Source of the DNA: an uncultured Chloroflexia bacterium
GTDB taxonomy: Bacteria; Chloroflexota; Anaerolineae; B4-G1; SLSP01
NCBI GenBank assembly: GCA_963751345.1
Contig: CAVVUS010000030.1
Location: forward strand, 96,001 to 160,000
Reading direction: 5' to 3'
Length of the DNA: 64,000 bases
Part shown: piece after piece, positions 30,783-41,141 of the stretch
How positions within the stretch are numbered: the stretch's first letter is position 1
How the letters are laid out: every line of letters starts with the position of its first letter
Notes under the pieces: generated by a model
Told to the model about the DNA's origin: nothing
Seen by the model: the letters and a program-made list of their open reading frames with translations, nothing else
Databases searched by the model: none
Made by a program: the position numbers and the translations under genes

Positions 30783-31364
30783 TTACAGAACGTCGCGGCG
30801 CGTCACCTCCCAACCAGCCAGGACCGCGGCTATGAGGCCACCTACGCTTCCGACCAGCAGTTCCTTCACGGGGCGAACGCCCTCCTCCAGGATGTTGAGG
30901 GGCCGGATAGTGTCACTGAAACCGTTCGCGACCAGGACCGGCAGGGTGTAGGGATAGAAGCCGGCGTAGTCGCTTTGGATGACCATCACGCCGATGATGG
31001 TCATGGCCACGCCCACGGCACTGGCGACGAGTTCGCGCATGCTGAAAGGCTTGGTCAAATAGTCGTCTGCTCCCACCTCCAGGCCGATGACCCGATCAGC
31101 CTCCTCGCCGCGGGCCGTCAACATGAGGATAGGTACCGGCGAGGTTTGCCTAATCTGGCGCAAAACCTCCAGGCCATCAAGGCCCGGCAGCATCCAGTCA
31201 AGGATGATCAGATCGGGGTCGTGCCTGGCGTGAAGCTGCAGTGCCGAGAGTCCATCACCGGCGTGGACGACATCGTAGCCAAAGCCCTGCAGTTCCCGAT
31301 GGATGACCTCCGCAAGCTCAAAGGCATCCTCTACGAGCAAGATCGTGGTCATGGATGTCATCAC
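30783..31364 (-). pseudogene. Chimeric remnant: OmpR-type receiver domain fused in frame to the C-terminus of an ABC-2 permease
   Basis: The receiver ends at GADDYLTKPFSMRELVA (about 31023) with no winged helix, then two TM segments end in WEVTRRDVL, typical of ABC-2/lantibiotic-immunity permease termini. Confidence 0.7.
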
Positions 31365-31462
31365 TTCGTTTCTATCCTAAATGAATCGAGACCATCGTCC
31401 CACGAAGGATCTGCATAGCGCCATCTTGAGCTTGCATGCACTCATGTTAGAATACACCCCTG

Positions 31463-32675
31463 ATGCATATCCGAAACCTGAGCTTGCGGCAATTCCGCAC
31501 GTACAATCGTCTGGAGCTAGATCTGCCCGCCGCCCCCATTCTCCTCTTGGGTGCAAATGCACAAGGCAAAACCAGCCTTCTTGAGGCCATGGCCTTCCTT
31601 GCACTCGGATCCTCTCCCCTCACCAGTGTTGACCAACAGGTGATCCATTGGAACGCGGAAGAGGCAATGCTACCCTACTCCCACTTGAGGGCAGAGGTCA
31701 CCCACAAAGATCGGACGGAAACCCTGGAAGTTGCTCTTGAGCGGAAGTCCCTGGCCAATGGGCAGCGAAGGATGCAGAAAAGCTTCCGTATCGATCAACG
31801 CTCGGTGCGGCGCTCCGACCTTGCCGGGCACCTGAACGTGGTGCTTTTCCTGCCCGAGGACTTGATGCTCGTCCACGGGCCGCCATCGGATCGCCGTCGA
31901 TACCTGGACAACCTCCTCTCGCAAGTCTACCCTTCCTACGTTGAGGTATACGCAGTCTACCGCAACGCAGTTTCGCGGCGCAATGCCCTGCTCCGGCATC
32001 TACGCAAACGCGGTGGCGATCCCGGTGCAGCTCACGCCGCTGGAGGAGAGAATCGTTCGGGCCGGCGTCACGATTTCTCTTTTCCGCAGGCGCGTGATCC
32101 GGGAACTCACCCTCCATATAGACCATATTCATCGGGATCTCACTGGGGACCAGGCCTGGCTCAAGCTGCAATACGAGCCCGATTTCGAACCGGTACGACT
32201 GCCGGGATCGGCCAATCAGATGGATTACCTCAGTGAACCGCAGGAAGAATCCCCTGTCGACATCGATGCGCTCTACGAGGCGTACCGGCAGCAATTCGCC
32301 CTAAGGCGTCGCCACGAGATCGAGCGCGGGATGACCCTTGTAGGACCACACCGTGATGAGATGCGCTTCATCTCCAACGAACGGGATATGGGCATCTACG
32401 GCTCACGGGGGCAGCAGCGTACGGCAGTGCTTGCCCTCCACCTGGCCGAACTGCAGTGGCTGAAGGAGATCAGTGGAGAGTCGCCGGTGCTATTGCTGGA
32501 CGAGGTATTGGCGGAACTGGATCGTGCGCGCCGCGGGTATCTCCTGGAATTACTGGGGGGGGTCGAACAGACGATCCTCGCGACGACGGATGCCGAGATG
32601 TTCCCGGAGAGCTTCCGCCGGCGAATGACGACCTTCCGAGTCGCCGAAGGCATTGTGACGCCGGTGGACTCTTAG
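31463..32675 (+). CDS. recF: DNA replication/repair protein RecF (frameshift near 32025)
   Basis: FRTY, GANAQGKT, VVLFLPEDL, RRRYLD, RNALL, GPHRDE, SRGQQR, LLLDEVLAELD. Confidence 0.95.
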
Positions 32676-33523
32676 GCCACCACCAGCTTGGCCAGCGGTT
32701 CCACCGTCTCGGGATAGTCCGGTAGGGCGATCCCCTTACCGTCCAACCAGCTCCAACGGCCCGATAGACCCAGGACCTCTATCGCCATCATCATATTGGC
32801 CATACAGGTGCCCGCATCGAAGTGGCGGTATTCCTGGAGCACCGGCTTGCTGCCATACCTGGCATTCTGCTTCTTGAGAAAGAGGTATAGCGCCTCGTCG
32901 TGCCACAGAAAACGCCATGGCTGGACATTGTTGGCAGAAGGTGCGTGCCGACCGGCCTCAATCACCTTGGCCAGGTGCTTGGGAGGAGTGCCGGGCCTAT
33001 CGAACGAGCCATCGAAGAAGATCTCCTGGACGGACAGCTTTTTCGCGCCGCCGGACGTCCTGCGGATCACGGCGTTGATCGTTCTACCGGTAGCCGTCTC
33101 TGCGGCGCGCCCGAAGATCAGGAACGCGCCCGTACGTCCGCCACGGGCCAACCTGAAGCGCACGCGGACGTTATCCTCCCGCCCCATACTACCGATAAAA
33201 CACACACTGATGCCGAGCTGTACCATCTGCACGGCGATTTGTTCCATCCGGTAGCCCAGATCGACCAAGGGCATCCTGTCGCCCATCGCGTAGGCGACCA
33301 GGTAATGAGGAGGCGACAGGATCCTGCCATAGCCCCCCATCGCCGCGATGAGATCCTCACCACTGACGACGTCACGTCGCATCACGCGAAAACGGTTCTC
33401 AGGGACTAAGGGCTGAGCGTGGCGAATGATGTCATCAATCATCGCCAGCGCATCCTTATCCAACGGCTCATCTCTGTAGCGTCGCGTTGAGTGCCGGTTT
33501 AGGATTGCCTGGTATAGGTCCAT
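32672..33523 (-). CDS. Nitroreductase family protein
   Basis: AILNRHSTRRY and APSANNVQPWRF. Confidence 0.88.
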   Translation of the reverse strand: MDLYQAILNRHSTRRYRDEPLDKDALAMIDDIIRHAQPLVPENRFRVMRRDVVSGEDLIAAMGGYGRILSPPHYLVAYAMGDRMPLVDLGYRMEQIAVQMVQLGISVCFIGSMGREDNVRVRFRLARGGRTGAFLIFGRAAETATGRTINAVIRRTSGGAKKLSVQEIFFDGSFDRPGTPPKHLAKVIEAGRHAPSANNVQPWRFLWHDEALYLFLKKQNARYGSKPVLQEYRHFDAGTCMANMMMAIEVLGLSGRWSWLDGKGIALPDYPETVEPLAKLVVA

Positions 33524-33556
33524 AGATCATCGCCCCTCATGCAGCAAATAAGTGCG

Positions 33557-33588
33557 AAAAAGACGCCGGCCTCTTAGGGCCGGCGTCT
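33557..33588 (-). terminator. Intrinsic terminator after infA
   Basis: 11-bp stem AGACGCCGGCC/GGCCGGCGTCT with a T-tract on the minus strand. Confidence 0.8.
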
Positions 33589-33618
33589 GACTTCACTCTG
33601 TGGCGCCAACGTGCGCTT

Positions 33619-33673
33619 TCGTCGTCCGAGACGCTCTCGTCGTCCGAGACGCTTACTCGTCGTCCGAGCCGCC
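33619..33673. repeat. Three copies of hairpin unit TCGTCGTCCGAG(A/C)CGC, a variant of the 18-bp family
   Basis: Copies start at 33619, 33637 and 33657; the last overlaps the infA 3' end. Confidence 0.75.
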
Positions 33674-33904
33674 GGCGCGCTGTTTCTTATGACGATAGAC
33701 GATACGTCCTCGAGTTAGATCGTAAGGGGAAAGCTCCACACGAACGCGATCGCCCAGAAGAATACGGATGTAGTACTTGCGCATCTTGCCGGACAGATAG
33801 GCGAGAACCTCATGGCCGGTCTCCAGCTTGACGCGAAATTGCGTGGCAGGGAGGGCTTCAACAACCGTTCCCTCGACTACTATCTTCTCTTCTTTGGTGG
33901 TCAT
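33653..33904 (-). CDS. infA: Translation initiation factor IF-1
   Basis: [61 protein letters not shown]. Confidence 0.97.
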   Translation of the reverse strand: MTTKEEKIVVEGTVVEALPATQFRVKLETGHEVLAYLSGKMRKYYIRILLGDRVRVELSPYDLTRGRIVYRHKKQRAGGSDDE

Positions 33905-33914
33905 AACGCGGGCA

Positions 33915-35574
33915 CTAATCCTCTGGCTCTGCTTCGCCGCTCGAAAGCGACTCATCGGCAGAAGCGGCATCGTCGTCAGGCGCTTCGTCGTCAGGCATTT
34001 CGTCTTCAGACACTTCGTCGCCGGACGCCTCGTCCGCAGACACTTCGTCTTCAGGCGCTTCGTCTTCAGACGCCTCGTCTTCAGACGCCTCGTCCGCACT
34101 CGTCGTCGAACTCCTCGTCCTCGTCCATCTCCTCGACGTCGTCCTCTTCAATGAGGCCCTCGTCGTCACCGAAATCGTCGAAATCGAGATCGTCCTCAAC
34201 CGCGTCGTCTTCTTCCACTTCTGCGGCAGCGGCAGCTTCAGCTTCCTCTTGAATTTGGGTGAGCGCCCACTCTTCCCATTCGTCGGGGCGAACCTGCCGA
34301 ACGCTCAAGCCGATACGACGGCGATCCGGCTCGACTCGGATGATCTTTACAAGAATACTATCGCCCGTAGAAAGCTCTTCACGCTGCGCGATATCGCGCA
34401 ACTCGGAGTTGTGCAGCAGGCCCTCGACGCCAGGCTCAAGCTCGATAAAGACACCAAAGTCGACTACCTGTGTGACCTTGCCCTCGACAAGCCGCCCGAC
34501 CGTGTAGCGTTCGACCACGCTCTCCCACGGATCAGGCGTAAGCGCCTTGATACTCAGCGCAATCCTCTGTCGGTCATTGTCGACGTTCAGCACCTTGACC
34601 TTGACCCGCTGGCCCGCGTGGTAGATTTCCCCAGGGTTCTCAATTCGCCCCCAGGAGAGCTCGGAAATGTGCACCAGGCCATCCATACCGCCCAAGTTGA
34701 CGAACAGACCGAAGTCCGTAATCTGGCTAATCCGGCCACGGCGAACCTGACCGGCCTCAAGTTCCTCAAGCAACGACTGACGTCGAATCGTGCGCCATTC
34801 CTTCGCAGCAGCCCGCTGCGACAGAATCAGTCGGCGCCGGCGGCGATTGACTTCGATCACCTTAAGCATGATCTCCTCGTCAACCATCGCCTCCAAACGC
34901 CGCTGTCGCTCTGCGGGTTGACGGATGCGGTTGAAGCCAATCAACTGCGACATCGGGACGAAACCTCGCAGACGACCGAAGTCGACTGTTAGACCACCCC
35001 GGTTAGAGCCGTTAACGCGAGACTCGTAAACCTCCTGGCTCTCGAGAAGCTTCTCGGCAATCAGCCAGTCCTCCTGAAGCAAAGCCTGAGAGATGGAAAG
35101 CTCAACGTTGCCATCGGAATCCCGGAACTGGGCAATCACGACAGGGACTTCGTCCCCGACATTGAACTCCCTACCCACAACGTCCTGGATATCCTCGATC
35201 GGCACAAACCCGTCACGTTTTCCGCCGATGCTGACGACAAATCCATCGTTCCTGCGATACAGGATCGTCCCCTCGCGCAGCTCACCACGCTTCAGCGTGC
35301 TGCCGGAGAGAGATTCCTCAAGCTGGTCTTCCCAAGAAGCAGCCGAATCCATAGTTGGAGGGGCCGCGTCGGGGGATGCAGAGGTCTTGCCCGTGTCTGC
35401 AGGGGTCATTTCAGGCGAGGACGCGGATGTCTTTGCAGGCACCGCCGCCACCGGCGAAGATGATTCCGCTACAGCAGTCTCCGGCGCGGTCGACGTATCT
35501 TCCGCCTCGTCGGGCATCTCGGTCTGGGTTTCCACGGGCTCAGAAGGCACAGGGGTGTGATTCAATTCTTCCAC
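33915..35574 (-). CDS. rpsA: 30S ribosomal protein S1 (four S1 domains) with long acidic tail (frameshift near 34098)
   Basis: [47 protein letters not shown]; the tail continues in the frame of ORF 33915-34199. Confidence 0.85.
33967..34100. repeat. About nine degenerate 15-bp tandem repeats encoding [15 protein letters not shown]
   Basis: Plus strand CTCGTCTTCAGACGC-like units, several forming a CGTC-N4-GACG mini hairpin. Confidence 0.85.
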
Positions 35575-35690
35575 ATGAACTCCTATTCCACTCAGTTTTG
35601 CAGAAATTCTGTATCGCGCAACTTAAGTGGGTCTAATAAACTCCAGATATTGTATCATACCTGAGCGCAAAGTCAACATAAGTGCTACCA

Positions 35691-36524
35691 TCAACCGGCA
35701 GCAACAACAGCCTCTCCGCCATCGACAGGGATCACAGCGCCCGATATCCACGTCAGGCGCGGATCCGCGAGCGCCACCAAGGCTTGCGCAACGTCCTCAG
35801 GCTGCGTCAGCCTGCCTGCCGGATGGAATTGGTGAACCTGTTCCAGAATCGCTTCGTGCCCGGGGATGGCACGCAGCGCGGGCGTATCGGTGACCCCCGG
35901 CATCAGACAGTTCGCCACGATTCCGCGAGGTGCCAACTCTACCGCAAGCTGGCGAACATGCGCCTCCAGGGCTGCCTTTGCCGCCGACACCGGCCCGTAG
36001 TGCGATGAAACGCGCTGCGACCCGATGCTGGTCATCGCGTAGATCCGGCTGCCGCGCCGCAGTAGGTTGGCCGCGATGAGATCCTGCGTCCAGTAAACCA
36101 GACTGTGCGCCATCACCCGCAGCGTCATCTCCATCTGGCTCTCGTCAACTGCCGTGCCAGGATCCTCGGCGATATACGGGCGGAGGCTCCCAAACGCGAG
36201 CGTGTGCACGAGCATATGGATACTGCCCACCGGATCCGACGACAATGCCTCGCCGACGCTCGCGATCACGCGGGCCCGTCGCCTCGGGTCAGCAGCATTC
36301 GTATTGAAGAACAGCGCCTGCCGTCCGGCGGTCTCGATGTCGGCGACCACCGCCTCGGCTCGCTCAAGCGTCCGGCGGGGATCGAGATGGATGCCGATGA
36401 TGTGCATACCCTCCCGGGCCAGGGCCCTGGCCGCGGCCGCGCCGAACCCACTGGAGGCGCCCAGGATCAGAGCCCAGCGCCCTGTCAGAGAGCCACTCCA
36501 CGCGTTCCATAGGCCCCCCAACAC
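35691..36524 (-). CDS. SDR oxidoreductase, enoyl-ACP reductase (FabL/FabI)-like
   Basis: LGASSGFG, YGPVSAAKAALE (Yx6K), PGVTDTPAL, ISGAVIPVDGG. Confidence 0.85.
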   Translation of the reverse strand: MLGGLWNAWSGSLTGRWALILGASSGFGAAAARALAREGMHIIGIHLDPRRTLERAEAVVADIETAGRQALFFNTNAADPRRRARVIASVGEALSSDPVGSIHMLVHTLAFGSLRPYIAEDPGTAVDESQMEMTLRVMAHSLVYWTQDLIAANLLRRGSRIYAMTSIGSQRVSSHYGPVSAAKAALEAHVRQLAVELAPRGIVANCLMPGVTDTPALRAIPGHEAILEQVHQFHPAGRLTQPEDVAQALVALADPRLTWISGAVIPVDGGEAVVAAG

Positions 36525-36973
36525 TAGTCGTCGAAATCCGAGCCACTGTAGAAGTCCTCACCCCCGCCCGGACCCATCCCGCCTCCGGGACCCCCACCTT
36601 CACCCATCAGGTCGGGTAATTCCTTCTCGATATCCTCGGGGTTTTGGCCCGCCTCGAGGCGGTCGACGACTTCCTCGAATTCCGGCCCCATCTCGCCGGC
36701 TTCATCACCCATTTCGTTCATCATCTTGCGCATAAATCGCCCCATACTCTTGGGATCGTTCTCGTCGAAGTCACCCCAAGCAGTAGGATCGGCCATATCT
36801 TCCAGGCGACTATCTTCGGACCTAACCACGCGCACGCGGGAGACCAGGCGCCGGACCTCCTCACTCCCGCATCGCTTGCACTTTATCTTGTTCTCTTCAA
36901 CGTCCGAAAAGGAGCGCCAGAACACCGAGAAGCGGCGACCGCAATCGGCGCAACGGTATTCATAGATCGGCAT
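36524..36973 (-). CDS. FmdB-family zinc ribbon regulatory protein
   Basis: MPIYEYRCADCG..CKRCGS..RRLVSR. Confidence 0.88.
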   Translation of the reverse strand: MPIYEYRCADCGRRFSVFWRSFSDVEENKIKCKRCGSEEVRRLVSRVRVVRSEDSRLEDMADPTAWGDFDENDPKSMGRFMRKMMNEMGDEAGEMGPEFEEVVDRLEAGQNPEDIEKELPDLMGEGGGPGGGMGPGGGEDFYSGSDFDD

Positions 36974-37187
36974 CTTTCCTCTCCTTATTCAATTGTGGTA
37001 TAGTAAGACCTGCTCACGGGATTTGTGAATCACGAGAGCGACGGACCGATGTTCTGACCGCCTCCCTATTCCAAACCCGCAATCGGCAATCGAAGATGCA
37101 GACTTATCCGAGCGTCACTCAAGGGCCAACGAGCCCTCAAAACACAACTCGGCCAGGTCTGAAACGCGATCTAGCCAGAGCGAGGTC

Positions 37188-37216
37188 ATTATACCGGGAA
37201 TGGCGGCTGGGAGCAA
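37188..37216 (-). promoter_or_regulatory. Putative sigma70 promoter driving a long leader upstream of the FmdB-like gene
   Basis: Minus strand TTGCTC-N17-TATAAT. Confidence 0.55.
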
Positions 37217-37220
37217 ATAA

Positions 37221-37853
37221 ATGAGCCACGACATCGCTATCGATCCCTACCATCCGAAGGCTTCGCCCCTACTCGTCGTCATTTCCGGCCCCTCCGGGGT
37301 GGGTAAGGACAGCTTGGTTGAGTGGATGAAGACCCGCGGGGCGCAATTCCACTTCGTGGTGACCGCCACCTCCCGCCCACCGCGGCCTAGCGAAGTGCAC
37401 GGGGTGGATTATCTCTTCGTCTCGCAGGAAGTCTTTGAGGCAATGATTGAAGCTGACGAACTACTGGAGTATGCCGTTGTCTACGGGCAGTACAAGGGCA
37501 TTCCAAAGGAACAGGTACGCGAGGCATTGGCAAGCGGGCAGGACGTCGTCATGCGGCTCGATGTCCAGGGGGCTGCTACGATCCGGCGTCTCATTCCGGA
37601 GGCCATCCTCATCTTCCTGAGCGCGTCATCAGAAGGGGAGCTGGTCGAACGGTTGCGGAAGCGCAGGACCGAATCCGACTCGCAGCTCCAGCGACGCATT
37701 GAGACCGCCCGACAGGAAATGGGACATATTACTGACTTCGACTACGTTGTCATCAACCGCGAGTGCGAGCTCGACCGGGCTGTCGACCAGGTCCTCAATA
37801 TCATTGACGCGGAGCACCATCGCGTGATCCCGAGGCGGGTCTCGCTGTCATGA
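37221..37853 (+). CDS. gmk: Guanylate kinase
   Basis: ISGPSGVGK, TSRPPRPSEVHGVDYLF, DVQGA, FDYVVIN. Confidence 0.96.
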   Translation: MSHDIAIDPYHPKASPLLVVISGPSGVGKDSLVEWMKTRGAQFHFVVTATSRPPRPSEVHGVDYLFVSQEVFEAMIEADELLEYAVVYGQYKGIPKEQVREALASGQDVVMRLDVQGAATIRRLIPEAILIFLSASSEGELVERLRKRRTESDSQLQRRIETARQEMGHITDFDYVVINRECELDRAVDQVLNIIDAEHHRVIPRRVSLS

Positions 37854-38665
37854 CCCCTGAACATGAGCTGTATCCGCCGACCAGCCCCCCTCCACAGCGG
37901 TTGCGACTGCCGAGCTTTCCCGGCAGCCGCCGGTCTGCCACCGCCCGCCGGCCCGGCGCCGTGGCGACCTACGTACTGATCGGGTTCAATGTGCTGGTGT
38001 TCCTCGCTGACTATGCCCTTGGCCGCGCCGTCACGGCCTATGGGGCGCTGGTCCCTCGCCTGGTGTTGCAGTATGGGCAGTGGTGGCGGCTCATCGCGGC
38101 AGCTTTTCTACACGCGAATATCATCCACATTAGCCTCAATCTCTACGCCCTCTATGGATTGGGACGGCTGACAGAGCGCTTCTTTGGCCTGAAACGGTTC
38201 CTGATCATCTATGGCCTCGCGCTCTTGGGATCCGGTGTCCTGGTCACGCTATTCTCGCCGATGAATACCCCGTCGGTGGGCGCCTCCGGCGCCATCATGG
38301 GTGTGCTCGGCGCTCTCGTCGTCTACTTCTGGTTCTACCGGGACCTTCTTGTCGGAGGTCGAGGCTTCCTGGGACAACTGGCGCGAATGGCACTGATCAA
38401 CATCGGGATAGGACTGCTGCCTGGCATCAGTTTGTGGGGACACCTTGGAGGCTTTGTGACCGGCGCGGTAGCCGGTTTCGTCTTGGTCCCCCGGTATGTC
38501 TTGTTGGATGCCACGAACCTGCAAGAGGCCGATCGACCTGCGGACGGCTCGCCCGGCGGAAGCCTGGCTGTCCGGGCACTGCACGTGCGCGCATGGCTAG
38601 GCATCTTGCTGGTGGGCGCCGGGGAGCTGGGGCTGCTCGCACTCGCTTTCCAGATACGGGGATAG
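37850..38665 (+). CDS. Rhomboid intramembrane serine protease
   Basis: WWRLI..FLHANIIHI..N, VGASGAI, GHLGG. Confidence 0.93.
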   Translation: MTPEHELYPPTSPPPQRLRLPSFPGSRRSATARRPGAVATYVLIGFNVLVFLADYALGRAVTAYGALVPRLVLQYGQWWRLIAAAFLHANIIHISLNLYALYGLGRLTERFFGLKRFLIIYGLALLGSGVLVTLFSPMNTPSVGASGAIMGVLGALVVYFWFYRDLLVGGRGFLGQLARMALINIGIGLLPGISLWGHLGGFVTGAVAGFVLVPRYVLLDATNLQEADRPADGSPGGSLAVRALHVRAWLGILLVGAGELGLLALAFQIRG

Positions 38666-38671
38666 CTGTCA

Positions 38672-38881
38672 ATGCCCGGGCCTATAGAGCTGCGAATTGG
38701 GGACCTCGTGGAGCTGCGTAAGGCCCATCCCTGTGGTGGGAACACGTGGAGGGTCCTGCGGGTCGGGCTGGATATCGGGATAGAATGTACAACATGTCGA
38801 CGGTATGTCTTGGTGCCGCGACATCGGTTTGAGGGCAGGATCAAGCGTTTTGTTGAAAGAGGAGAACGTTCTGACGTCTGA
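38672..38881 (+). CDS. DUF951 family protein
   Basis: GDLVELRKAHPCGGNTWRVLRVGLDIGIECTTC. Confidence 0.9.
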   Translation: MPGPIELRIGDLVELRKAHPCGGNTWRVLRVGLDIGIECTTCRRYVLVPRHRFEGRIKRFVERGERSDV

Positions 38882-38904
38882 ACGTATTAGCGTGACAACG
38901 TTCC
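38864..38904. repeat. 8-bp-period ACGT array
   Basis: ACGT/GCGT cores at 38866, 38874, 38882, 38890 and 38898. Confidence 0.7.
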
Positions 38905-38915
38905 GAGGAGAATCA

Positions 38916-40136
38916 ATGAGACGATTCCTTTTTCTGTTCTCCGATACCGGCGGGGGACACCGTGCCGCTGCCCAGGCCGTCAAGGACGAGATGGAACGCC
39001 TCTACGGGGCAGGTGCTGAGATCGACATGGTCGATGTCTTCGTCGAGCTTGGCCGGTGGCCCTTTCGCCGCTTCCCGGATTGGTACCCTACCTGTGTCGC
39101 CCTCAGCGGAATCCCCTGGGGCGTGGGATTCCACCTCTCCGACGGTGTCAAACTTATGCAGACCATGTCCAAGATCGTCTGGCCCTATGCCCGCACACCT
39201 ATGTGCAGCCTCCTGCGGCATCATCCCGCGGATGTCATTGCCTCCTTCCATCCGATCCCAAACTATGCACTCTTCCTGGGGCTGCGACAGATGGGGTGGC
39301 AGACCCCGGTGGCCGTTGTGGCTCTCGACCTCGTTACCACTCACGCTGGTTGGTTCGTGCCGGGGGCTGAGGCCTACCTCGTGCCCACCTACGCCGCAAA
39401 GGCACGCGCGCTCCGCTGGGGCGTCCCCCAGGAGCGCGTCCGTGTGAGGGGAATGCCCACCCGCCACGCCTTCCTCTCTGCGATGAACCTACAGAAATCG
39501 GAGGCGCGGGCACGTCTGGGGCTGCCCCAGGACAAGGACATCGTTCTTGTTGTAGGCGGCGGTGAGGGGATGGGCCCCATAGCACCGGTCGTGCGGGCCA
39601 TTGCTCGCCTTCCGCGACGTCCCCCTCCCTACACCGTCGTCATCACCGGCAAGAACCATGCTCTCTACGAGGAACTCACCCAGCTTGGTCTGCCCGCGTC
39701 GATCAGGATCGAGGGCTTTGTCGGCGATATGGAAGTCTGGATGCGTGCAGCCGACCTCCTGGTGACCAAGGCCGGGCCGAACTCGTTAGCTGAGGCCTTT
39801 ATCGTCGGCTTGCCGGTCGTGCTCTATGCCGCTCTCCCCGGTCAGGAAGAGGGCAACGTAAGCCACGTCGTCGAAAACGGCGCCGGCGTTTTCGCGCCCT
39901 TTCCGAAACAGGCCGCACGGGCGGTTGCGCGGCTGCTCGACCGGCCCGAGGAGCGCCTGGCCATGGCCAAACGCTCACGAGCCCTGGGGCGCCCTCTGGC
40001 CTCGGAACAGATCGCCCGCGACCTGTGGGAAATGGCCACCCGAAAGAGCTACGTCCACCGCCCATTCAGGGTGACGGCTGAGATGAGCACAGATGGCGAA
40101 CGGACGTGGCGCAACACAGACGCAGGGGATCTCTAA
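38916..40136 (+). CDS. MGDG synthase/UgtP-like GT28 glycosyltransferase
   Basis: SDTGGGHRAAA, VGGGEGMG, DLLVTKAGP, PGQEEGN; GAGGAG RBS. Confidence 0.92.
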   Translation: MRRFLFLFSDTGGGHRAAAQAVKDEMERLYGAGAEIDMVDVFVELGRWPFRRFPDWYPTCVALSGIPWGVGFHLSDGVKLMQTMSKIVWPYARTPMCSLLRHHPADVIASFHPIPNYALFLGLRQMGWQTPVAVVALDLVTTHAGWFVPGAEAYLVPTYAAKARALRWGVPQERVRVRGMPTRHAFLSAMNLQKSEARARLGLPQDKDIVLVVGGGEGMGPIAPVVRAIARLPRRPPPYTVVITGKNHALYEELTQLGLPASIRIEGFVGDMEVWMRAADLLVTKAGPNSLAEAFIVGLPVVLYAALPGQEEGNVSHVVENGAGVFAPFPKQAARAVARLLDRPEERLAMAKRSRALGRPLASEQIARDLWEMATRKSYVHRPFRVTAEMSTDGERTWRNTDAGDL

Positions 40137-40139
40137 CTT

Positions 40140-41141
40140 ATGGATTCCCTGATTCGACGCTTCGTCGACCACCTCAGATTCGAGCGAGGTTACTCACCGA
40201 ACACCCTGGCGGCCTACGAACGTGATTTGCGGCAATTTCAGGCATACCTTTTCCACGCATCCGTGCTTCCTCTACCTCCTGAGGCATATCCCGAGCAAAG
40301 TCGGGGGAAGGGCCTGGGAGGGGACACAGACACCTGGCTCGCCGCGCTGAAGCCCGGCCACTTGGACGACTTTGTCACCTCGCTGCAGGAGGAGGGCTAC
40401 AAATCCGCGACGGTGGCCCGGAAGATTGCGGCGACCCGCGCATTCCTCAAGTTCCTCTACACGGAGGGTCTCACCGGACCTGAACTGCTCGATTGGCTGC
40501 ACCAGCCGAAAACGGAGAAACGGCTGCCCAAGGCCCTGACGCAGGATCAGGTCACCCGCTTGCTCGATGCGACTGCCGTAGAGGACACACCCTTGGCCCT
40601 TCGCGACCGAGCCCTCCTGGAGACGCTCTATGCAACCGGCATGCGAGCGTCAGAGATCATCAGCGTCCTGACCAGGGATGTAGACTTCGAGGCCGGGACC
40701 GTTCGCTGTTTCGGGAAGGGAAGCAAGGAGCGCATCATCCCCTTGCACGCCAAGGCTTGCAGGATCCTGGCCGCCTATATCGAGAAAGGACGGCCCTTTC
40801 TGCTTCGCGACATCGGTGAGCAGACGCTTTTTGTCAGCAACCTGGGGCAACCCCTGACGCGTCAGGGGTTGTGGTTTCTGGTCCAGCACTACGTCGAAGC
40901 CGCCGGACTCGCATCCTGGATCACGCCGCACTCATTGCGCCACACCTTTGCCACGCACCTGTTGGAAGGCGGCGCGGAACTGAGGGAAGTTCAGCAGCTA
41001 TTGGGACACGCCAGTATCACCACCACCCAGATCTACACAGAGGTTTCGAGTCGCCGCAAGCGCGAGGCCTACAACCATGCACATCCGCGGGCGCAGTACA
41101 ACAAGGAGCGCGACGATGGAAACGTTCGTCACGATGGATGA
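40140..41141 (+). CDS. xerD: Tyrosine recombinase XerD
   Basis: SPNTLAAYERDL, RDRALLETLYATGMR, GKGSKERIIP, TPHSLRHTFATHLL, LLGHASITTTQIYT; short repeat-derived insertion at about 40261-40325. Confidence 0.88.
   Translation: MDSLIRRFVDHLRFERGYSPNTLAAYERDLRQFQAYLFHASVLPLPPEAYPEQSRGKGLGGDTDTWLAALKPGHLDDFVTSLQEEGYKSATVARKIAATRAFLKFLYTEGLTGPELLDWLHQPKTEKRLPKALTQDQVTRLLDATAVEDTPLALRDRALLETLYATGMRASEIISVLTRDVDFEAGTVRCFGKGSKERIIPLHAKACRILAAYIEKGRPFLLRDIGEQTLFVSNLGQPLTRQGLWFLVQHYVEAAGLASWITPHSLRHTFATHLLEGGAELREVQQLLGHASITTTQIYTEVSSRRKREAYNHAHPRAQYNKERDDGNVRHDG

Noticed and set aside
40140-41141. Tyrosine recombinase as a prophage or ICE integrase
   Set aside because: XerD-like sequence in a housekeeping context next to PNP, with no mobile-element cargo.
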